From Flectonema sp. DT1601 (Eukaryota): a stretch of DNA of 64,000 bases. The notes under the pieces were generated by a model. That model was not told the DNA's origin. It saw only the letters and a program-made list of their open reading frames with translations, and made no database searches. The DNA is taken from the NCBI GenBank assembly GCA_964019425.1, contig OZ025783.1, positions 434,001-498,000 of the forward strand, read 5' to 3'. Below, piece by piece: positions 10,700-22,600 of this stretch. How positions within the stretch are numbered: the first letter of the stretch is position 1; the number at the start of each line of letters is the position of its first letter. The position numbers were made by a program, and so were the translations under genes.

Positions 10700-13203
10700 T
10701 CAAGCTTCTTTACGTAATTTAATTTCACGATTAGAAAATCCAAATGATGTTATGTGAGTCCGACCATCAGTATCCTTGAGTAGCTCTGATAAACGACAGA
10801 GAGACGGAATCGAACTTCCAGCGATTTCTTGAGCGATGACATCGTATGGTGGTGCAGTTGATAAATATGTCTTCCAGTGGTTGTCAGTTCCAATGTTGTC
10901 TTCCGATATTTGAATTTCATACATCCACTCTTGGTTTTGATCTTTTGTAACTCGATTACTTGCATTGTAAAGATGGACTCTTCGATTGTCTTTTTTATTT
11001 GACTTCACGACGTCAACTATTGAATAATTAACTTCGTACTTTGTAAGTTGATAAAACCTTTCGTCTACTAAGTTGCTGGTTCTGTAGATGTCATTCAAAT
11101 CCCGGCATTTTAATGCCTCAGAGTACATTGAGCCAACTCCGACTATTTTTCTCATTTTCTCATTTCCAATTGCACCAGTGTGTGAGATGCCACAGCTGGC
11201 TCCGATAACAACTTGTAGTTCGCTGCCTGACCTGCCTAGGATTTCAAGTGCTGCAGAAGAGGCTTTGAGTTCTTGTGATGCAACACGACTAACGGTGCCC
11301 CATGTGATTAACATGTTGCTGCCGTCAGCGAATTCAGCTGATCCTCTGAACCTTAAAGCAATATCGTGAATGATTGTAACGTAGTCTCTTAAAGCTTTAG
11401 TAATCCCACAGCTGTCGAGACCTGTTTCAAGTGTTAGTTTAGTTGCAATTACCGATACTGACTGATCATGAAGAAGTGTCCCAATTTTTAAAACATTTGA
11501 CTTTGGTCGAATCTGAAGAGTACTTCTCGAAGTTCTTTCAGTCGAAGGACGAGTATCTCCACTGAGAACAGAAGAACTCGATTCTCTAGTTATCTTCACA
11601 GATAATGGTCTCGTCATATCGTCATCAGAATCTTCTGTGTCGTCTAATACATTAGCTGGTATAAACGCCTTATATTCCCTAAGTTGATTTACCATAAATT
11701 GAAAACTTTTCTCCGCTAAGGTAAACTCTCTTATAAAACCTGTTGAGACACAGGATGGGCTACGTGTGTATGAGTCGAGTTGCATTTCAGATACTAAAAA
11801 CATTCTATAGGAAAGTTGTGCAAGAGGTCTAGAGATAAATATTGAAATCCCAATAAATAAAAAAACACCAACAACACAAAAGACTGAGCAGAGAGTTACC
11901 ATGATCTCATCTCCTTCATCGAGTGTACCAAATATTTCAGTTCGAGGAACAGCAAGAACGCACACCCATTCAAGATTGTAGTTTGTTACTGACCAGGTTG
12001 ATATTAATTGACGTTGATCACCTGCAGTGATGTCCAGTTTTAATTCCTGTCCAAGTAGATGTTTCCATCTACGGCCAGAAATTGAAAATAGTTCAACACT
12101 GACATCTCTAATCAGTTCATCCGGGCTGTCGATTGCTTTAGTTGTTGTCATAGTCTCATTAATTGAACCATCAGGTGATGTACTGCAAGGGTTGCATGGA
12201 GTGAACTCACCAGTAGCACATCTAACTTCATGATAACAACTTATTAAAGGAACTTTTGGTTTACTACTCGCTAATAATACTCCGTCGTTTACTGTTGCTG
12301 CGTCGATCATAATTAACACCATTCCTGTTGTTGTTATTTGAGAGATGATGATGTGAGAGGAGAGGAGAGAAGGGATGGAATCACTGTTACTAATCAAAGA
12401 CACATACCTGCAGAGGCGGAAGCAACAGTATCACGTAAAAATTTTGATAAAAAACCAAGTTTGAATCCAGCAACGTATGTGCCAACCCAATTTTGTGGTT
12501 CGGGAGCAGATCCGAGTCTGTACAGCGGACGAACAGCGTGTAGTTTGAGTTCTGGTTTATCAAGAGTCCAAACAATAGCTGGAGTATAAACAGGTTTTAC
12601 AATAGATGGGTCTGGTGAAAACCATGGTCGGATTGCTGCAGCAAGCGACGCAGCAGGTAATGTAGTCTGCTGAACCTCAGTCTGAGAGATTGGTTCCCAG
12701 GAAGTTATTTTAACATCTGTCTCTGAGACGTTGTCCTTATACCACCAGTCGATGTTATTCGGTCTGAGTAGAACTACATTCCAGAAAGCAAAGTCATTAT
12801 TAACTCCAGGATTAGTAACTGTCGTATTCTTATCGACAGTAAGAAAACCTGAACAACACTTTGACTCACCCGGAAATGTTTGTAAGTAGGAAGTCATTAA
12901 GTCTCGTAAGACTCTTTCTCCTTTTAATGTTTGAACGTCGAGTCTTGTTCCGGTAATAAAATTGTGAGTCATATTCATGAATCTTGGTACTAATTCTAAT
13001 TTGTGTTCCATTGTCGCATCAACAGATTGTGGTAACAACACTCTAATTATGGTATCAAGGTCTTCAACACTCTTTCTTGAATAGTGTCTTCCAATTAAAA
13101 ACAACGTTACACATATCCCTAAGAAACATGTTACACTGAGAAGTCCTGACACAAATGAAAGTGGAGCTCCACTAAACTTCTTTAAATTCTCTTTTTGTGA
13201 CAT
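10700..13203 (-). CDS. receptor-type class III adenylate/guanylate-cyclase-like protein, ~806 aa, two exons (13203-12408, 12324-10700)
   Basis: An 83-nt intron CAG|GTATGT...ACAACAG|GA (12407-12325) joins the 269-aa and 567-aa ORFs in frame (SAG-MVLIMID). Architecture: N-terminal TM, extracellular region, second TM, HAMP-like ISRPLAQLSYRM..REFTLAEKSF, YKAFIP linker, then a cyclase-like domain (VVIGASCG..HTGAIGNEKMRK..VG). Confidence 0.8.
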
Positions 13204-13473
13204 CTGTTTTGTGGGGGGGGTCGGTTCTGTTTGTTAAGAAATAAAGTAAAGTGACGCATCTTAGAATGCTGACTGTTCTCGTCAATGTATCGTCTCAAAC
13301 TGTAAATACCGGTCGACATGATTATTAACTGTTCAAAGGAACACAAGGATTGGATAGTAAGGTTATTTAATTATAAATAAATTACATCTTCGAAGGTTGT
13401 AAAGGACGCCAAGCTAGAGGGTGGCTCCTACTTATCGAAGAGAGAATCACTACCACCACTACAACAACAGCTA

Positions 13474-14442
13474 TCAATTGCTTTTATTCTGCTCTTCTAC
13501 AGCAACACCTAACGACCAGTCAGCATGTAGGTCATCATGTGAACGAGAGAAGTAGAACTCTGCATCATTGTGAAATGCTGTTTTTAAAATGCAAATTAAT
13601 CGCATGGCTGATGCTGCGATTAAGGGAGCTCTAGTGTGAGTGTCGATTAACCAACGAGGATGAGCAGTTTTACACCTGTTTTGAATAGTCTTGACCCATT
13701 GATCAACTGGATCAGTGAGCACGTGCTGTACTAAAGTCGATAATGATTCCATCGCAATATCTCGAGAAACGATCGCACTACCGATTCCGGCAGCCACAGC
13801 TGCCGTCGCATGCATTGTGATTCCCATGAATAATCCATTCCTTGGTGAGTCGCTTAGATGTGATATGTTATTTAAGAATTTATTTTCAACAAACTGAATC
13901 CATTCATTAGGACAACTATGATTATGAAATAAAGAAGTCACTTCTAAAGTACTGCAGTGAAATGATTCAACGTCATCAACATGAGAAGCAACCTGACATG
14001 TTGCTCCTCCTCCAGAAACATAACCAAGAGTCTTTGATGAAGGTTTGTGTAATGGTGAGAACACCGTCTGAACTGCAAGAAGTTCATATCTGGCTTCTTC
14101 AAGACCTGTTAGGACTTTAAAATCACAAGTTGGCCACTTGTTAGTTACAGATGTAGTTATTCTGTGGATCATGTCGGGTGTGACGATGTTCTCTCGAAGG
14201 GCTTTTCGCATCCCTCCGGTACAGCCGATCATCAATAGCCTTTCACCTTCCTTCAGGTTGTTTTCAATCATTTTTAAGAATTCTTCATCTCGTCCTTCTG
14301 CCACAACGCTGTCAATTATTCCACCATTTCGAACATCACCAAGACGACGCTTCTCTTCAATAAAATTTCCATCCTTGTCGGAAGTTATGACAAGTAGTTC
14401 TGTATGCCCACTACCGCAGTCCACAACTACGAGGGGTTGCAT
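13474..14442 (-). CDS. ASKHA-fold hydrolase, GDA1/CD39 (NTPDase/apyrase)- or Ppx/GppA-like, 322 aa
   Basis: Motifs in apyrase-conserved-region order: VVVDCGSGHT (ACR1-like), GCTGGMR (ACR2-like), LTGLEEARYE (ACR3-like), SGGGATCQ (ACR4-like). Confidence 0.75.
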   Translation of the reverse strand: MQPLVVVDCGSGHTELLVITSDKDGNFIEEKRRLGDVRNGGIIDSVVAEGRDEEFLKMIENNLKEGERLLMIGCTGGMRKALRENIVTPDMIHRITTSVTNKWPTCDFKVLTGLEEARYELLAVQTVFSPLHKPSSKTLGYVSGGGATCQVASHVDDVESFHCSTLEVTSLFHNHSCPNEWIQFVENKFLNNISHLSDSPRNGLFMGITMHATAAVAAGIGSAIVSRDIAMESLSTLVQHVLTDPVDQWVKTIQNRCKTAHPRWLIDTHTRAPLIAASAMRLICILKTAFHNDAEFYFSRSHDDLHADWSLGVAVEEQNKSN

Positions 14443-16742
14443 TGTGTTTGTTATTTGACACCTGATAAAAAAGAAGGAAAAAATAATAATGAACTCTTCT
14501 TTTTAAAAAAAAAGGAATGAACAAACCATCTTAAACACCTCCATAAATATAATGCTGACCCGTAGATAGCAGGCTAGAGCCTCTTTATTGTTGTTGCTTT
14601 TTTTTTTTTTTTTTGAAAGAAGAAAAAGATAGCACAGATGATGATGGTCGCTCTTATTACTTTCATGTGTTTTTTTTTTTTTTTAATTTTTTTTTTTTTC
14701 ATTAATAAAACTTCGTAAAATGAACAACAACACGCGTTACAATACGGAGGAAGCTAAAAATTAATACATGAAAAAAGAAATCGGAAAGGTGTTTGACAAC
14801 ACTATTTGAAGAAGTGAAGCCTTCAACCAGACATAAGGCAACAACAGAAGCTCTCTCTCCTCTCAAGTAATCGCTGTACTGCAATGAGGGTAGCAAAATA
14901 CGAAAGAGACTGCTCTCCTTTTTTATTTTATGTTTTTTTTTTTTTTTTTTTTTTTTCTTCAAATAGATTCAACGCACGATATAAATATAATTCTATTCTG
15001 AGCTGCCAACCTTTCAACCAAACCTCATTCAAGGGAAACAATTGTACGGCTGACAGGTCTAGTTTCTTTTTTTATGTTTCTTTTTTTTCCCTCGAAGGGT
15101 TCTTTCGGCATTCGACTCTCCGACTTGTTGAAGAAACCATACAAAAAGATCACCTTGTTGTACCAAATGATAGGAAACACTAGTTGAGTAAGAAGCATCG
15201 ATCAACAACAATCAGAAGCGAATATGAAAACCTTTTTACGTTTGACACCTGAGAGTTTCACAGTACTGATTATTTCCCACGCTCCATTCAAGTGAGAACT
15301 GAAACAACGTTTTATGGGTAGAAAGGGAAACTAATATAATATGGGAGAGTGACAAATAAAGGAATACTGCACGAAATCTGTTTTTTTTTTTTTTTTCCCC
15401 TGTCTAACCACGTGGTCAACCATAACCTGCAAACACAATCGCCCCGCAGAACGGTAACGAATACACGGCAGAATACATCGTGTAGGACCTCACGACTTGT
15501 TTTGTTTTGTTTTTTGGCTTGCTCAGCCTCAAAGTAACTTTTTTTGGTTTCAAGAGCAAACCAAACTCCTCATCCAAAGGTGGAGAAGATGACAGTACCA
15601 ATAAGGAACACCACGTTAGTTATTTAATCCAACGTTACTGTATGTTATGAGTGCTCCAGGAGGGTAACTCACAGTAACAGAGGACCCAATCCATAACCGT
15701 TCCCCAGACTCAGTATAGATTGTTGAATAAAGTTTCAACTGAAGAGGTGTAATTAGTTAACCGCCAGTCGGTTACATTAAAAAAGAAAAAACATATAAAA
15801 CAGGGAAAACCACAGTTTTTTTTATTTTAAAGTTTTAAGATAAAAATTTAGAAGAGTTCTTCAATACCCTCCTTTACCCCCCCAACCCTCTCGAGCGAAG
15901 AAAGTAAAGGAGAGGCCCAGTCTACCCATCCTTTAGGAGTATTTGCAAACTAGAGCCACAAATGCTGTCATATTCTGTAACATAAAACTATAAGACTAGC
16001 AACTACCATATAACAGATATATAAATAAAGCAGTAAGTAAAACAGAATTCACGCACGCCCTACTTATGTCACATGAATTAACGAAACAAAAGAACTATTT
16101 TTCTAAGCTCCTTGTTCATTTTTCTTTTTTTTTTTTTTTTTTTTTCCCCCCCCCTCTTCTCTCCCTACCATAAAAACGCACTACAACATTGACTACAAAA
16201 AAAAATTATACATTTGCACACGGAAAAAAAATGCCAATCACTGAAGAAAAAAAAAAAAAAGTGTACCGGCTGCAAGAACACAACTGATTAATTTAATAAG
16301 GGATTTTTCGTGATGGCGACGGGTAAGAAGATTGAAGAGGGAGAAGGGGGAGAAGAGGGTGGAAAAAGAAGAAAAAAAAAGCGCATCAAATTTTGAAATC
16401 TAGTCAGACTGTGAAAACCGAGTGTACGGTATCTCAAATACCAATCACCTGGGCGGGTGGAAATGACTAAATTATTTTTTTTAATTTGTATTGTTGTGCT
16501 AAATCAGAGACTTTATTACAGTAGGAAGAAATGACTTACACCAAATCATTTTATTTATTTTTTTAAAAACATAAAGGAGGTCATCAGTAAACAACTAACT
16601 GAGACGATGATTGACGAGAATAAAGAAGAAAACAAACTTCCATCACCAGAAGTACATCATTGTACCTACCTGACAGCAATAAATAAAAAAGAAATAATAG
16701 TAGTGAGTAGTATTCACAGTAAGGGAATTCCGAATGAAATGT

Positions 16743-17837
16743 TTAGTGTGAATTGACATCTCCTCTCACTAGACGAGTTTTTTCGTCTGCTTCTGGGTTT
16801 TCAAAGTCTCCTGAAGCAGAACCGTCATTTTCATCAAATTTTTCCTTATCTTGTTCAACATCAGCTCTGTTACCATCAGCGTATAATCCATAATGTTGAA
16901 TCATAAAAATGGTATCAAAGAACATACTACAGAACCCAAGTCCGAACTTTACAGGATCACCGCTAATCGACGTCCAGTCATCTTGTGAAATACAAGTTAT
17001 CATTAATTGACAAACACTTAAAGCTCCTCCAGTGAAATCTAAAAGAACATTCCAAATGTTCCATCCTGTTGTTCTCTTTCTTTTCCAATTTAAGTAAACC
17101 TGAGGAGTGTATTTAACAACTGAAATTGCTAACTTCACCCAAGATAGTCCTGAGAACCAATCCATCCAGATCCAAGGTCTGTTGTGATCAGAGTATCTTC
17201 CACCCTTATCAATAAGGTAGATCGCCCAGGCTCCAAAGATTATAAAAACACCAATCATCGAGATAATTGGTAAGATGTGAAATTTTTGACCACCTCTTTC
17301 ATACATAAATATCTGAATCAAGGTTACAATTGTCAACAGTTCCGCGTGTAACGAGAATACGACATCATTAGCACGAACAGGGGAACTCGATCCATCATGC
17401 ATCTCTTTGTAGTCATCTTTCATTGCATCAATAAAGAAATATGCAACGTTGAAAGCACTGTAGCAGGCGAACCCAACCAGGTTAAGGAATACGAAATCAA
17501 AGGACATTCCGACGACTGATTTTCTCACCCAGTTTAAGTAAACTTGCGGGTAGAAACTTATAGACCAGGCTGCAAAGTAAATCCAACCAATTACAGCTCC
17601 TATCTTATCCCAAGGATGTGGATCATCTGAAGAGTTCGGAATCGCCAGCCCAAATAAGAATCCAAACGAAATCATTCCAAAGATGCTCCCAGCAATTGCT
17701 TTGTTCTTTGCTACTTCATAACCTCCAATCACAATCTTTCCGTGAGGGGCTGCTAAACGAACATCATTATCGATATCAATCTCTGCTTTCCCTACTGACA
17801 ATGTATCGCATTCAGAAGTCACATCATCGCGAGGCAT
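16743..17837 (-). CDS. CTNS: cystinosin-like PQ-loop lysosomal transporter, 364 aa
   Basis: IGWIYFAAWSISFYPQVYLNWVRKSVVGMSFDF, NDVVFSLHA, KYTPQVYLNWKRKRTTGWNIWNVLLDFTGG and GDPVKFGLG..FD.IFMIQHY. Confidence 0.93.
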   Translation of the reverse strand: MPRDDVTSECDTLSVGKAEIDIDNDVRLAAPHGKIVIGGYEVAKNKAIAGSIFGMISFGFLFGLAIPNSSDDPHPWDKIGAVIGWIYFAAWSISFYPQVYLNWVRKSVVGMSFDFVFLNLVGFACYSAFNVAYFFIDAMKDDYKEMHDGSSSPVRANDVVFSLHAELLTIVTLIQIFMYERGGQKFHILPIISMIGVFIIFGAWAIYLIDKGGRYSDHNRPWIWMDWFSGLSWVKLAISVVKYTPQVYLNWKRKRTTGWNIWNVLLDFTGGALSVCQLMITCISQDDWTSISGDPVKFGLGFCSMFFDTIFMIQHYGLYADGNRADVEQDKEKFDENDGSASGDFENPEADEKTRLVRGDVNSH

Positions 17838-18366
17838 TTCAACTTTTATACTTTTTTATTACTATTCTGTTAAAGGTTTATTGTGTATCTTGTTTACTAA
17901 AATAAGAATCAAAAACAAACAGGTCTACACGAGTTTAGTAGTATTTCTGACTGACCAACCTAATGCCTTAAGAAATAATAAAAAGATGTCACGTCTTCGG
18001 AGAACACGTTTTTTTTTTTGAAAAACTCTGTTTGCGATGTGCAATTCATACGCAGTTCGAATTGCTCAAAAAAAATAAAAAATAAAGAAACGGAAAACCA
18101 TAACAGCAGTACAGTCAAAACTATCAGAATCAAAACAGACGTTGGGAAAGGCAAAGAGGGTTCGGCGGTTATTCCCCGACGCAATAACAAGGATTAATAA
18201 TAGCATCACTTTTCAGAAGTGAAAAGTTTTGTTGTTCTTTTTTCGTATGCACGACACCGGCTTCCAGGACGTGGTTTTTCCCCGACCATTGGTCAGTGCA
18301 AGCGAGACAAACTAATGCGAGAAATTAAATTATTTATTGCCACACAGATAGTGTGCTGAGGGTTTT

Positions 18367-19261
18367 TCACGGCCTTGGTGTGGAAACAATTCGTCTCTTT
18401 GTTATTGGATTGTAGTGTTCAGCGCTGTGCTCTTCACAAAATGAAACCCAAATTTCTTTCGTGTGAGAACATCTTTCCCCATTCACATCACGAGGTTGAA
18501 TCAGTAGAATAGTTCCTCCAACAGCTCTACCAGCATCAGGGAGGGATGACCTCTTTTCTTGACCCTCAGTTAGAGCGTGAGACGTAACAATTTGTACTCT
18601 GAATCCAAAAAGATCTGACGCTGCCTGCAATGTTAGGTGATCACCCCACTCCATGTCTCGTGACATCTTTTGTAAATATTTATTATATTCCGTGACACCT
18701 CCTTCAATAAAGTCACTGTACAGAGGAGGGTGTTCAGTCATGTGATTTATAATACGTTCTCTCACAACGCTGAATTTATCGTCAGTACCAAAGACGTACC
18801 ACGCTATTGATCTAAACTGACAGTTTCCGTCACTCGGTACTTTTGTCTCAACGAATCCAAATTTATCTAAATTAGAATTTAGTACTTCTCTCTCAGTCAC
18901 TCTCCTCGATGATTTAATAAGTGGGCCCGACTGTTGGAATTTTGGAGCACAGAAATCTGAAATTGGTTCTTGCGCGAGTAGCTTTCCAAGAGTTGGTTTT
19001 AAGTAAGTCTTCGGTTGACCCAGTGGAGATAGAGGACTGTTGTTATTGTTTTATTGTAATCGACTACACAATTATTAATAATAAAAATAACACAAACCAT
19101 TCAAGTGCATCTGACGACAGGTATTCCTGTCTCTGTATTTTCATTAACATTTCTTCATCAGTCAAGTTCTTACTCGGCTGTACGAGTGGTGGTACGATAA
19201 CAGGTGCGGCAGATGGCTTCTCATTTTTATAAAAAGATCCGTACGTTGAATTCGACGTCAT
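18367..19261 (-). CDS. OTU-domain cysteine protease/deubiquitinase, ~277 aa, two exons (19261-19098, 19036-18367)
   Basis: Catalytic motifs VPSDGNCQFRSIA, EWGDHLTLQA and EHYNPI. A 61-nt intron TG|GTTTGT...AACAACAG|T (19097-19037) links the 65-aa upstream ORF in frame, without stops, into VTEREV. Confidence 0.85.
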
Positions 19262-19605
19262 TTTTTTTTTTTTTTAATATTTTCAACTACCGATGAGTGT
19301 TAAGTAAGTTCCACTCCTGTGTTTTAAAATAATCTTTTTAAACGACAACGTTCAGCTTCGTATTGACTACGGGATAGCTGGGGAAATAATCCTTTTAAGA
19401 AAGGATTAAACAGAACCGAACAATTTAAAAAAAAAAAAAAAAAAAATAGAGGCAGCAGTGCCCCATCTACGAGAGAGGGGTTTTTTTTGCACTTAACAAG
19501 CGCATTTTTTTTTCAAAAAAAAAAAAAAAAAAAAAAAAAGTATAAAGTTTCCCTCTGTAGTAAAACAAGAACAACAACAACAGGTGTCATGTGTGTCTGG
19601 TAGGG

Positions 19606-22600
19606 TTATTTTGAATGCCGCATATGATCAAAGGGGTTTTTTTTATCCGAACCACCTCCTCTACTTCTCGGAGTTGAGTTCTTGCCAGGAGTCGACCATA
19701 CATTATGAGAAGAAGCGCTTGGGGTGTGAAAATCATTCTCCGCTCCAGCACAGTCACCATCATCAAGGATGCTGTAGTCTCGACTTGTTGCTGAGGGTGG
19801 TGGTGATATTGTTGGAGTGTTAGGTGAGTCTTGCAACAAGAGATTATTATCAACCACATCACTTCTATCATCAGCGATAATGTGAGGATCAGGTACTGGA
19901 TGAGCATCCTGAGCACTGGTTAGCGACATTTTCATTTCATCAAATTTCTGACGATCTGCATCAGTAGCAGGAGTGCAATCATTCTTAATCGATACTCTCC
20001 ATTCTCTGGCTAACTTGAAGAATGGCCATCCAAACTGTGCAGCTTTGTTAAATCCAATGTTTGTGATTCCTATGTAATCTTTAATACTCAATGGGTTGGA
20101 TGAATCGAAAACGAGTTCCACCAATTCGACTAAACTCTTGTAGCTGAGAACTTGAAATGGTTTCATCTTATTTTGTTCTGAAATTCTACTTCTGATGTCC
20201 TTCATTTCTTCTGTTAATATCTTTCTCTGTTCAGATGACGGTTCATCAGGTTCAACAGCCTTCGTAGTGATTGTCGATAATTTCCTTTTCTTTGCAGTTC
20301 CTCGAGTTGCAATTTTACACAGCAACTGTCCACTTCGTAACTTGTCAAACAGTAATCTACTTCCAGGTGAGAGGTACGAAGATATGACGAAATCTGTTAT
20401 CTGTTTCAAAGTAGCCGATAAAATATCTTCCGCCACCATCCAATTCACAATTCTCTCGGCCGTTGCGATGGTGACATCATTTCCTTTTTGAACTCCCGAT
20501 CCGAAATGAGGAGCTGGATTATTTCTCATTCTAGTGATAAATTGCTTTGGAGGTTTTCCTTTCCAAAGATCGACAAGTTGTTTGGCAGTACAATCAGATC
20601 CGAGACCTGCTAACAATTCACCCATCTGAACAGCTTGTGAGCCGCAGTCTTGATATTTTGTTTCATAGTTAGTCATAGCAACACAGTTATCACACATTGC
20701 TGAATTACTTTGATCACAATATCTGTCCGATACTTCTTCACCAAAGTACTCGAGTGTTAGTTTCCTTCTACAAGTCACATCATCAGTACAATATTGAATC
20801 ATTCTGGCTAAATTCTTTAAATTACTCGAAGCTGATGAATTGTCTTTGGACCCTTTCAACATTAGAAAGTGTAAACGAGCGGTGTCAGTAGCACACCAAT
20901 ATAATGTGCAAGCTGATTTCTCACCGTCTCTTCCTGCTCGACCAGATTCTTGGTAGTAACCTTCGATACTCTTAGGAAGGGCGGCGTGAATGACCCATCG
21001 CACGTCTGGTTTGTTGATACCCATTCCGAATGCTATTGTTGCACAGATCACTCTTGTTTTATCACCTGACCAGGACTCTTGTGCTAATTCTTTACCAGCT
21101 GCTTCCGAATGATAAACGGAAGCAGTCACACCTTTTGAGTGTAATTTGTCTCTCATCTTTTCACAGTCAGCTTTTGCTAAGCAATACACAATTCCACAGG
21201 AATCTCTTTTTTTTGGATCACTCGCAATATCATTCGCAATATCATCAAGAACAGTAGCCTTCCGACCCCTGACGACAGAATAGGCTAAGTTCCTTCTGTT
21301 GAACGAGGCTTTAAAAACTACACAATTTGGAATTCCCAAATTCCTCATAATATCACTAAGAACTTTGTCTGTTGCTGTGGCTGTCAATGCCGTGATAGGG
21401 ATGCTTGCTCCTCGTGAATCCCTAAACTTTTCTTTTAAATATTTCAGATCCAAGTAGTCAGGTCGGAAATCATGTCCCCACTGACTCACACAGTGGGCCT
21501 CATCAATAACAACTCTTCTAAATAAACCTTTTTGAAATAATTTCAATAACTCTGTCGCTAACTTTCCACTCTTTGATAAGTACTCTGGAGTAGTGTATAT
21601 TAATCCAGTAAGAATCTCTCCTCTACTCCACTCACTGTAAACAGCTGATAAGGTACTCGGAGGTGACTTACCAGTGAATGCTGCACAGCGAAGACCACAC
21701 GCAAGTAGACCAGCTATCTGATCTTGAATTAATGAGAGCAACGGAGAGATTACTAAAGTAACAGCTGCTGGGTTGCTGACAATTGCTGGAAGTTGATAAC
21801 ATAAAGACTTCCCTCCTCCGGTAGGAAGAAGAACAAAAACGTCCCTGTTTGCCATCACAGCGTTTACTACTTCTCTTTGCAAAGGTCTAAACTCATTTAA
21901 ACCAAAAGCATCTCTCATCATTAATCTACAGGCAGGAATCCAATGATATTGATCACTCTTCCAACCGTCTCGTTGATATATTGATTCAGGTGGGGTTTCA
22001 GTACTTTTCTGTTTACACCAAACAGTCATAGATAATCCGCTGTGACCATCTCCACCAGCTTGAACACCTCCTTTAATAAATTCATCCTCAGCTACATCAC
22101 CGAGATCATCGAGCTGTAAGCAGCTTGTCTTAGAGTTCCGACTTCCACTTGGATCTCCCCGTCCAGTCCCTTGCTGTGACGTGAAGCTCTGATTTCCACC
22201 AGGGAGACCCCCAATTCCTTCTGGGTAGCGATTAGCGTCATTCGAATTTGAAAAACTACTAGCAGGTTCGAACCCCTGCTGCGACATTGATAAGCTCTGA
22301 TTTCCACTAGGGAGACCCCCAATTCCCTCCGGGTAGCGATTAGCGTCATTTGAATTTGAAAAACTGGTCTGCTGCGACTGATTTCCCCCACCAGGGGTAC
22401 TGATGCCGCCGGGAAGGCCTCCGATCCCTTCTGGGTAACGGTTCATGTCTTGAGTCGCATAATTGTTTGAGAAACTACCAGCCGATTCAAACCCCTGCTG
22501 TGAGAACTGTTGATTTCCTCCTACGGGAGTGTTGACGCTGCTGGAATAGCGATTGGAATCGTTCTGAGTTGCGTAATTACTTGAGAGGTTATTGCTGGGG

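Noticed and set aside
10700..13203. Apparent frameshifted or split genes (also 18367-19261, 23794-25438, 27289-28989)
   Set aside because: Each split is explained by a canonical GT-AG intron that restores the frame, so these are not pseudogenes or recoding events.
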